This document shows, piece after piece, positions 13,186 through 23,572 of a stretch of 64,000 nt of DNA. This DNA is from Geosiphon pyriformis uo1 (lineage: Eukaryota; Fungi; Glomeromycota), in assembly GCA_016748015.1 (NCBI GenBank), contig JAAOMT010000439.1:641527-705526 (forward strand). The letters run 5' to 3'. Both the position numbers and the translations under genes were made by a program. Numbering within the stretch: position 1 is the first letter of the stretch; each line of letters opens with the position of its first letter. The notes beneath the pieces were generated by a model. The model did no database searches. It was not told where the DNA came from and was given only the letters and a program-made list of their open reading frames with translations.

Positions 13186-16100
13186 GAAAGAAAATCAAAA
13201 AAAAATAATAATTAGCAATAATTCATTGCTAAAAAAGAAAAAACAAAAGTGGCGACAAAAACCCCTAATCTTACTGTTCTTGAATTCTGCCATGCTATTT
13301 ACACACAAAATCAAAATGATCTTGGATTACCAGAAGGGTGTTGTTCAGCAGAATCTGCCCTCACTTATTATATCAACGCCAGAATAAATTATCATATAGG
13401 AAAGGAAAAAGAACCACACGACGCAAAACTTGGATTGTATAGAGAATTATCACAATACACTACAAAAGAAGTAGCAGTAATAGCCGCAACTATTGTCAAA
13501 ATCCATCGAGAAATTGAGCAATACGCCAACGAAAATTTTCCAATATCCACAGAAAACACTAGGGAACGCGCCAACAAAACCAAAGAAAATTTAGAAACTA
13601 ATCAGGAAAGTAACCAGCAAAAACTAGGAACACCAGCTCAAACGCCAAAGAAAACTGTCACTCAATCAATAAAGAAACAACGTATTTATTCACCAGAAGA
13701 TAAATCATACCATTTTTTACCAGAAAATAAGATACAAATTCCATTAGGAGCTGCATCATCATCAACATCAACTCCACAAATGCCAAGAACTCCTAGTTAT
13801 ATTGATAAAATTAAACAATGTAACTGGAGAGACATACCAATTACAGGAGGATATTCATCACTATTCCAAAACCCTCTTTTTCAGCCAAAATTTAGAATGG
13901 GGTTTGAAAACTGTGAAAAGAAGTCTGAATCGGAATCCGAAAAAGAAACCAGCGAAAAAACAATCACAAGACCAGTCACTGGAACAAGCAGCCAGTCCAG
14001 AAACCAAGAAACTCGTGATCAAAAGGAAGAACCGGATATAAGGGAAGCCACCTTTAGGAACGCTCAAGGAAATATCATCCCACCTCCTCTTAAACCAATA
14101 AACCCATCAGCAGAAAACGGCAACGAAATGACCACACCATACATTGCAAGACTAACAGATTTCTCAGGAGAAGAAGAAGAAACGGACGTGCACACATGGT
14201 TCAGAGAAGCACAAAAAGCCATCCAGGCAAATAACTGGAATGACCAAAGAGCAATTCAAACATTACCTTTCTTCCTGAAAGGCACAGCCGACTTGTGTTA
14301 TCAAAGCCTAGAAACAAAACCCACGAGCTTTGCCGAATTTAAAAATGCACTCCTGGAGTATTTTAGCGACCCAAACGCCGTAATCCAACTACAGAACAAA
14401 TTCAATACTATCAAGCAAAATACCAGTGAAACTGTCACCCAATACCTTGCTCGATTCAATCGAATTCGCCGTCAGATTGAAGCGATTAAACAAGAATACT
14501 ACACTGATCCTCAGGTTTTAAATCAGTTTATTAGAGGATTAAAAAGCAGCATTTTAGGAAGAGTACGCCCTGCCCACCCTAATTCCTTACCAGAAGCCGT
14601 TATGCTCGCCAGAGCCCTTGAATTGGCTGAGAAAGAAGCTAACCATAGTCAAATGGTTAACATGGTAATGGAGGAAAATAAGACAGAAACATTAGAGAAA
14701 AGAGTAACGTGATTAGGGGAGGAACTCTCTAAGAAAATAGAAAGTTACCTCATCTCAGATCCGAGAAAAAATACATATCAACCACCCCAAAGACGCAGCC
14801 AGGAAGTCAGCGACAGTCGAAATAATTGCTCGTCACGCCAGAAATTCAGAACAGAAACACGTGCCTGCCATTTTTGCAAATGTGTAGGACATTTGATTAG
14901 TCAATGTCGAACGCGAATGATACAGGAAGCACGCGAAAATAATTACTACGCACCACCCCAAATGCCCAGAAACCAGTACATGCCAATACCATGCCAATAT
15001 CCCACCACGTATCAAAATCAAGAAGCTTACCAGCAACAGCCCATGATAGCCAACCCGAATTGGCGTCCTGAGGCCCGAAATCAGCCCATGTAGAACCAGA
15101 ACGCATTGGTCCAGAGGAATCCAAACTGCGCCAGAACCAATCAGCAAACCAATCCAAACTACCAAAATTATCAACAAACTTACCTTAATATACTGGAAAA
15201 CCTGATCATCAGAAACAATGACAGTAGAAACATAAACAGAACCAAGAATTCCTCCAAATTGAGCCAGACAATACCACCAGCAGTTGCCACCGAAGATAGC
15301 AGCCTCGCAGCTATTTTTTCTTTTGAATTAGAGGAAAACAAGGCTATGTTCAGTGGAGCAGCATTGGATGAAAAATGCCCAATCACTGCTATGTATACGG
15401 AAGCCACTGTAAACAATACCCCAATCAAACTTATCTTAAACAGCGGATCCGCTAAAAGCATCGTAATGCTTTAACTAGTAAACCAACTGGGTTTCAAAGT
15501 TGATCATGTTGCGATGTCCCAAATCATAACAGCTGATGGAAATACAAAGCTGCCTCATGGCGAAATCAACTCATTCCCTTTCGAAATTAACGGCATAGTA
15601 ATACCTACAAAAGTATTAGTAATAGATGCTACACAATATCAAGCATTAGTAGGGAATGACTGGCTAACAAAAGCCAACGCCATCCTAGACTGGATCACCC
15701 AAGAGCTTCTGATCAATTATAATGGCCACCAGACCAAAATTCCAGCCACCTGTGGCCACTTCCAAAAACCCAGCGCCAACCAAAGACCTACCTTCAAATT
15801 TGAGGAAAATCTAGCACTACCAGCCATCGAAACCTATCAGCTCTCTTGGGCTGATGACCAAAGAACAGAACTACCAGCCGTACCAATATGGACCAGTGAA
15901 GAAAGATCCAAATGGAACCAGGTAAGTTCACGAAGAAACCACCAGCGATACAGACCAAAGCTAGAATGCTCGGTTTGCAAGAAGAAACTCTCGTCTATGA
16001 CTGCGTGCAGCGCACTGGATGAAGACCCAAGAAACCCCACCCACTACTATTGTAACCGTTGTAACAAAGAAAAATATGGTTACCCAGAAAGACACGGAAA

Positions 16101-16695
16101 ATGGGACGAGGAACTGTGCCTCGCTTGTGGAGAACTGTTACCAAGAGGGTGCGACTGGAACAACTTACCAGGCAGAGGAAGAATGTGTGACGCAACTTGC
16201 CAATACACGATCCTTATCTGTAACTGGGTAAGAGGAGGAACGCCGTTCGAAGTAGCGTTCAACAGAGCGTTAAAAAGACTACAGCACTATTCACATGACG
16301 AGGACAAGTTGTACAACACCACACAAGCCAAAGTAAGAGGAGAAACTGCCAAAGAAATACGACGTTGGAAAGAGTCAGCCGAAGTAGCCGACGAAGTTGC
16401 CAGCTACAACATGTTTGACCCAGTGGACAAATTCCAGGACTACTACCAACAACTATGCCTCACTCGACAAGAGCAAAAACAATACCTTGCCCAAATCAAC
16501 ACTTACCTCTGCGAAAACTGTCTCATCCCGTGCCAAAATCAGTGTTGTGAAGAGTGTCAAGACGAAAGAGACTTAAAAAGAAAAATGGAAATTGAGAATC
16601 AGCAGTCTCAAAATCAATCAATAAATCAACAAGACTCACCTGACGGTCCTGAGTCAGAAAAATTTGTAGCCTATACCGACCTAGAACAGGTGACC

Positions 16696-17124
16696 GACAT
16701 CCAATACTTCGACAACGGGCACTTAGGAATAATACCCGAAAGAGCCCATCCAACCAATGCCGGATTCAATCTACGTTATCCGGAAGACCAATCCACAACA
16801 TTACCACCCAGGAGCATCACTAAAATCGACCTAAAAATAGCGGTTGAAATTCCACCAGGAATAATGGTTCAAATGGCGTTGTGATCAAGCCTTGTGAAAA
16901 AAGGAATAAGCGTTCAAGGAGAAGTAATTAACTCTGGATACACTGGAAATTTAATGGTTTTGCTACAGAACAATTTAGAAAAGCCTTATATCATTGAATC
17001 TAAGGAAAAGATTGCACAAGCAATTTTCCTACCATTGGTAAAAATTGGGAAATTCGTGCCAGTGAAAAATCGTGAGGAATTGTCACAAACAACGAGAGGA
17101 ACTTTTGGTTTCGGATCGACAGGA
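16696..17124 (+). other. dUTPase domain within Gypsy A pol (mutated)
   Basis: AGFNL (motif I), AL*SS (from ASRSS, II), EVINSGYTG (III), KIAQ (IV), RGTFGFGSTG (V). Confidence 0.92.
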
Positions 17125-20100
17125 AAAGGAATTGAAGCGAATTTTGCTGAAACAATAGAGGAAAAAGGCGAAGTAATTAAAAATGAGCGGTTCATCATGC
17201 TCTTACCATATGAAAAATCAGAAATAAGAATAAAAAGGACAATTAAAGAAAAAGACCTAATATTTGAGCCCTACCCAGAAACTTGCCAACAGTTTCTCAT
17301 AGGACTTACTAACCTTTTTATTCCAGCTGATAAAGCTTAATAGATAAAAATTCCTATCGCAAACACCACAGAAGAACCCGTCTACATTCCGGAAGATACC
17401 ATCATTGGATACCTCGGAACGGAGCTAGAAAATGCATCAACACCACAAGAAATTCTAAATTTCCCAGAAATCGCCCTCTACTGTGAACTCACTTCAATAA
17501 ATTGGCAACAACCAGTAGAATGCTATCAATTTACGCCAGAAAAATTGGCCAAATTAAACATTAGAACAATAGATCCTGACCAACAGCGACAATTAAAAGC
17601 ATTAATTTTAAAATACTCTGATATATTTTCAAGAAATGGCGAATTTGGAAGAACCAACTTGGCTCAACACCAAATCCCCACTGGAGATGCCAGACCTAAA
17701 AAACAATGTGCTTACCGTGTCCCACCAATGGAGCATAATTTTATCAGAGAAGAAGTCCAAAGCATGTTGGAAAAAGGAATAATACAACTATTAATGAGCC
17801 TATGGTCCTCACCAGTTGTTTTAGTAAGGAAAAAGAACGGAAAAATTAGATTTTGTGTCGACTATCGCAAACTAAACAGCAAAACAACCAAAGACTCATA
17901 CCCAATACTGTTAATTAATGAAATCTTCGACGTTTTTGGAAGAGCAAAATGGTTTTCTACACTGGACTTGACCAGTGAGTACTGGCAAGTGGAAATGGAC
18001 CCAAAAGACAGGCATAAAACAGCATTCACAACACAAAATGGCAATTATGAGTTCAATGTAATGCCATTTGGATTAACAAACACTCCCACAACATTCCAAA
18101 GACTAATGGACATAATTTACTCCGGAATCCTGTGGCAATCCGTTGTTGTCTACTTGGATGATACAAATGTTTTCTCGTCAAAATTCACGGATCATCTCCA
18201 ACATTTACAACAAGTTTTTGAGAGATTGAGACACGCTGGACTTAAACTAAATCTAGAAAAATGTTTCTTTGGGAAAAATAAGCTAGCATTTTTAGGACAC
18301 ATAGTTGGAAAAAATGGAATAAAACCAGATCCATCAAAAATAGACAAAGTGAAAAATTTTCCAGTACCTTGAAATGTTTCAGAAGTTAGAAGCTTTTTAG
18401 AACTCGCATCTTACTACCGCCGCTTTGTAGAAAACTTTTTAAACATCGCCAAATCCTTTAATTACCTACTATCTAAAAATGTGAAGTTTGAATGGACTGA
18501 AGCACAACAAAAAGCTTTTGAGTACCTTAGACAAAAGCTCATTGAATCACCAATAATGATCTATCCGAATTTCAACATAAAATTCATTTTGGCCACAGAT
18601 GCCTCTGGAACTGGACTTGAAGTCATTCTGTCACAAAAAGATGATAATGGAAGAGAACGTGTAATCACTTATGCCAGCAGAAGTCTCAGTATGGCAGAAC
18701 AAAACTATGCAGCACATGAACTTGAATGCTTAACAGTAGTCTGGAATTGTGTTTACTTTAACACATATTTATGGTACCAACCCTTTGAGATTACAACAGA
18801 TCATAGAGGTCTGGTCTGGTTAAATAACAAGAAAGCACTAAAAGGAAAATACACCAGATGGTCACAAATGTTAGCACCATATGATTATATTATTAAATAC
18901 AAAGAAGGTACCAAAAATGCTAATGCCGACTGTTTATCAAGAATGAGACACACATAAAAAAAAATCACCAATCCACCCGCCACAACAACAATAAACAATC
19001 ATCTTTACAAAAACCTCAGCCAATACTTGGAAACACTACAAATAGACGAAGAAATGCCAGTAAAAGAGCTAATTAAGCTCCAAAAATTAGCAAAACACTA
19101 TTTCATCCAAAATCACATACTTTATTACCAGAATCGACAAAATCCAGATAATCCATTAAGAGTTATAACCACGGATGAAAAAGAAACTATCTTATTTAAC
19201 ATGCACTCAGATATTCATTCAGGCCACTTTGGAAAAACAGACACCATCCAACGTGCAACTAGCCATTACTATTGGCCAAAAATAAGTTCAGACATAATCC
19301 AATACATAAGAAATTGTGACCCATGCCAACAAAGAGGAGGAGCAAAAACAACAGAATTATTAAGACCAATAAAAGTTGGACAGCCATTTGACAGAATCGG
19401 AATTGATTTAATTGGACCCTTACCAATAACAACAAAAAACAACCATTATATTGCAGTAGCCATGGACTATTTCACCAAATGGCCAGAAGCTAGAGCTATT
19501 AAAACAGCTAATGCTATTTCCGTAGCTCAATTCATACATGAAGACTTAATTTGCTGACATGGATGTCCACAAGAATTGCTATCAGATCAAGGCACACACT
19601 TCGTAAACAGCACCTTAAAAGAACTTAGCCAAAAATTTGGAATCAAGCGACCACTGTCATCACCATACCACCTTTAAACAAATGGATTAGTTGAAAGATT
19701 TAATCGCACATTATGCGAATCACTGGCGAAAATTAGTAACGAACATGAAAAAGAATGGAATTTGTTCATACCAGCAATACTACTAGCATATAGAACAGTA
19801 AAACAAGATACTACACAATTTACACCGTTTGAATTAGTTTATGGAAGAAAAGCCACATTACCTGTTAAACTTACTATCCCAACTTATCTAAGTAACACTA
19901 TCATGGAAGCAACATTCCAGGAAACACTACTTAGAAGAACATACGAATTAATGAGAACTTTAGAAAACAAAAGAAAAAAAGCAGCACAAAATATTGAACA
20001 ATCACAAGAACAACAAAAAGTGAGACATGATAACCAGTTACCAGATAATATAATTAGCTACAAAATTGGAGATAAAGTATTGTTGCATCGTACAAAAATG

Positions 20101-20226
20101 GAAAAACAGTGGAGTGGAAAATTTGATCACAAGTGGGATGGACCATTTTATATTCACGAAATACTTGGAAATGGAGCATACAAGCTAAGACTAGATGATA
20201 AAATATNNNNNNNNNNNNNNNNNNNN

Positions 20227-20523
20227 ATTGAACCACTATAGTAACTTAGAATTTAATGAAGAAATTAACTTCGATTTCAATGGAGCTCAATCTTGAAAGG
20301 AGGGGATAATGTTATGGTTTAAGAATTTAGCAAAAAGAATCATAAAAATAATACAAACTATTCAATCATAATATAGCACAGTAATAATCTTAGAAAGGTA
20401 ATGATTAACATAGTAGCAAACACCATCTCACGATAGTGGCAAGCACCAGTTCACAATAGCAGCCAACACCAACTGGTGATAGCAGCAAACACCAGGTTGA
20501 AATATCAAAAAGAAAGTATTTTC
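20227..20523 (+). other. Misplaced fragment (ORF3 end, PPT, LTR start) between N gaps; likely an assembly artefact
   Basis: Duplicates about 21284-21593 and is bounded by N runs on both sides. Confidence 0.75.
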
Positions 20524-20684
20524 NNNNNNNNNNNNNNNNNNNNCAAATTCCACGAGATTTAGAACCAATAGTTTTAATTGAACATTATTTGAAAAAATAA
20601 TTAATCTTAGATCACAGCAAAAATGATTTAACAACCATAAAAACACATGCAAAAGATTCCAAAATAACAGTCAAAATTAAAACA

Positions 20685-21353
20685 ATGATACTTATTCCAG
20701 AAAACATCAACAATATAACTCAACAATTAGTTGAAAGCTTACAACAATTAAAATCCGATCTAAAAATCACAATTAATAGCTCCAAAATAACATACATAAA
20801 AAGAACAATAGAAAATCCAAAAACAAGAAAAGAACATAATTTCGAACCATATAATATTGCCAAATATAACAACAAATTTATTAGCAAAGTTATTGAAAAA
20901 TTAGAGATAGCATTGGGCAATACATTAATAATGGAAGAAATAGAAATAAGTGAATTAACACCAAACACATTTAGCAACTTGAAAACGAAATTTCCAATTA
21001 ATTACTGTTATTATCAACTAGGAAAGCACTTGAACATACAAACATTATACTCAAAAGACTCAACTAGAGTGTTTGACAAAACAACTATCCAACTATTAGA
21101 ACCTTTCATTGGAAAAACCAACACTACATTCCATTCAAAAACAGTTTACAGAATTTTCAAAGCATTTGAAAACTGTCACAAATTATTGTTGGACCCAACC
21201 ATGAACATAATAACAACCAACAGTATTGGACGACTTACCAACTCGCAATTTCAAGAATTACAACAACAAATTAATAACACAGTATTGAACCATTATAGTA
21301 ACTTAGAATTTAATGAAGAAATTAACTTTGATTTCGATGGAGCTCAATCTTGA
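20685..21353 (+). CDS. Accessory ORF3 of Gypsy A (222 aa, unknown function, in the env position)
   Basis: Uninterrupted ATG ORF between integrase and PPT, homologous to 35756-36463. Confidence 0.8.
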   Translation: MILIPENINNITQQLVESLQQLKSDLKITINSSKITYIKRTIENPKTRKEHNFEPYNIAKYNNKFISKVIEKLEIALGNTLIMEEIEISELTPNTFSNLKTKFPINYCYYQLGKHLNIQTLYSKDSTRVFDKTTIQLLEPFIGKTNTTFHSKTVYRIFKAFENCHKLLLDPTMNIITTNSIGRLTNSQFQELQQQINNTVLNHYSNLEFNEEINFDFDGAQS

Positions 21354-21366
21354 AAGGAGGGGATAA
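21352..21366 (+). promoter_or_regulatory. Polypurine tract of Gypsy A
   Basis: GAAAGGAGGGGATAA immediately before the 3' LTR. Confidence 0.88.
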
Positions 21367-22247
21367 TGTTACGGTTTAAGAATTTAGCAAAAAGAATCAT
21401 AAAAATAATACAAACTATTCAATCATAATATAGCACAGTAATAATCTTAGAAAGGTAATGATTAACATAGTAGCAAACACCATCTCACGATAGTGGCAAG
21501 CACCAGTTCACAATAGCAGCCAACACCAACTGGTGATAGCAGCAAACACCNNNNNNNNNNNNNNNNNNNNAAATATCAAAAAGAAAGTATTTTCTCGTAG
21601 AACTACAAACATGTATATATACAGTAGTTTTAATATTGGGAAATAATCAATCAAGTAATAAAAATCATAACTTATCAAGCAACAGATCCAATTTTATCCA
21701 ACAAACTCCACTTTAAATCATACTTTCAAATTAAATATCCCAAGAAACCTTTAAAAATCAAAAAGAAATAAAAAAGAATATTTAAAACGGAACTATCACA
21801 ACCCAAAGTATTAAGAAACTTACTTGTATTATTTATTGAATGAAACTATCATTCATCAACTGAATCCCTTGGAAGAATAATCCTTGATCAAGATTATTCA
21901 CGTTGTTACTAATTGATAAAAGCTTTATTGTGAGAATTAGAAAAGTGCTAAAGACCATTAACATTCTGTGTTTCTAGATTAAAGAAACACATCAGGCAAT
22001 TGCAAGAATAGCCTCAGAGAAGACCCCAGACAGTGGGTAGATTTCAGTTCAGCCTCTGAGAAGGAGTACATAAACACACACAACAATCAAGAATTAAAGA
22101 ATAACTTACATCGCAACAGTAAAAAGAAAGCCTTCAGTGTAACAGTGACATTATCACACAAATAGAATTGAGGAACTCACGGAAGACTGATTGCAATTAA
22201 AGCAGGATATCAGCAATTAAATATAACAAGAAAACCATCCCGTAACA
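21367..22247 (+). repeat. 3' LTR of Gypsy A
   Basis: TGTTACGG...CCGTAACA, an 8-bp terminal inverted repeat. Confidence 0.95.
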
Positions 22248-23572
22248 CCGGTTACATGTAGCAAATGCATAAATTATGTTTAGTTAGCTACTTTTCTTTG
22301 TAACTTATTCTAGATGTTGGTTGGGCTGTACTCGTTAATAAATAAATAAAAAAAAAATATTGTTAAAATATTTTGGAAAATAAAAACTTCTTTCTCTCTT
22401 ACCTCTAAAAATTCTCAAAAAATGCATTTTCTGTAAAAAAAAGTTTTTTTGTTTTTTAGTCTATACCAATATTTCTTTACCTAATAATAACCCATTTTTC
22501 GTGAATATAGAAGTTACTGCTAGTAGCACCACATCTAAAAAGAAGACTCCTAAGGGCACTTTTCATAGTCCTGCTGGTGGCTTCTTTTCTCAGAAGAAGA
22601 AAGTTGTTCTTGGCAATATTAAACACTCTGATGATGAAAGGAATATATCCTTGAGCAAATCTGAATTCAGTAATAGTGTTTATTCTAATGTGAAAAGTTT
22701 ATCTGGTGAGGATGAGGATGTTAGCATGTTTGGGGCAAATGGTGGGTCTCTTTTGGGTTCAGCTGCTACTACATCCAAGACAAAGCGAATTAACACTGGT
22801 GCTGGTTTTGGTTCTCCACTCAGCTTTCCTAACTTTCATATGGATAATGATGAAGTTGTGCTTCCTTCTCACTTGCCTATCTCCCTTGAAAAGAAGTGGA
22901 TTGACCCAAAGATTATTAAGACTCTTGTGGAAGTGTTAGTTAAAAGGTCATTTGCTTTGAATATTAATCTTTTAGTTGTGGAAAAAAAATCAGCAATGGC
23001 AAAAACTCAGTTAATTAGAAAATTTTTTTCAACAGTCAATGGTTTTGGGGGGGCCACTACTCCTTCAAAATTTGAAGGAATCATTCAATCTACTTTTACT
23101 TCAGAAAAGAGCATGGAAATGGTTGCATTATTGGCCAAAGAAAAAGAGATTGACATAAACAGTGATCTTAAGAGACAAGAAGTTTGTTTAGATCAGGCTG
23201 TGGTCATCAAAAAAATTCTCATGGATACATCTAAGGAAATGATTGTTGCTGCACTAGCCAAGTTTGGTGAAATTAAGTCAATCAAAATTCAACTTATTGG
23301 ATTATGGCAAAAAGCAGTGGTAAAATTTGCTGAACTAGATCAGGCTGAATATTTAGCTGCTAAATGGTTCTTTTTGATTAGGAAAGATTTTGTGTGAGTG
23401 GCTATGGCTGTGGGAAATCACGATACATGGGCATCTAGAGACCAGTTTAGGGCTTTGTTGTTTACTTTGCCTGTGGAAATGACTGCTCATGATTTGAGCA
23501 CTTTTTTTGGAAAGTGTTGGTAGAAAAACTTGTATTATAAATTGTTCATTGGATTTTGGCAATAGGATTCGC

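Larger units (their letters stand above)
13249..20600 (+). pseudogene. Single-frame gag-pol of Gypsy A (capsid, CCHC, protease, Cys-rich insert, dUTPase, RT, RNase H, integrase)
   Basis: All fragments from 13249 to 19762 are in one frame; CHFCKCVGHLISQC, LILNSGS (mutated DSG), YLDD at 18151, LATDAS, HHCC integrase N-terminus, GIDLIGP, WDGPF; interrupted by N gaps near the end. Confidence 0.93.
12494..22247 (+). mobile_element. Ty3/Gypsy LTR retrotransposon family A, full length
   Basis: Paired LTRs with termini TGTTACGG...CCGTAACA, PBS, gag-PR-dUTPase-RT-RH-IN order, PPT, and a 4-bp TSD CCAG (12490-12493) / CCGG (22248-22251). Confidence 0.96.
5777..22351 (+). mobile_element. Full-length LINE copy 2 (about 6.8 kb), with Gypsy A inserted in its 3'UTR
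   Basis: TSD AAAAAATATTG at 5766-5776 and 22352-22362; ORF1 and ORF2 present; 3'UTR resumes at 22248 and ends in (TAAA)n plus poly-A. Confidence 0.93.

Noticed and set aside
15961-16560. Cys-rich insert as a canonical zf-CXXC CpG reader
   Set aside because: Lacks the paired CGxCxxC and KFGG signature; kept only as an unclassified Zn-finger region.
20227-20523. Apparent third, internal LTR in Gypsy A
   Set aside because: Short fragment bounded by N gaps that duplicates the ORF3-PPT-LTR junction; most likely mis-scaffolded.
20685-21353. ORF3 as a retroviral env gene
   Set aside because: Too short, with no signal peptide, furin site or transmembrane anchor.
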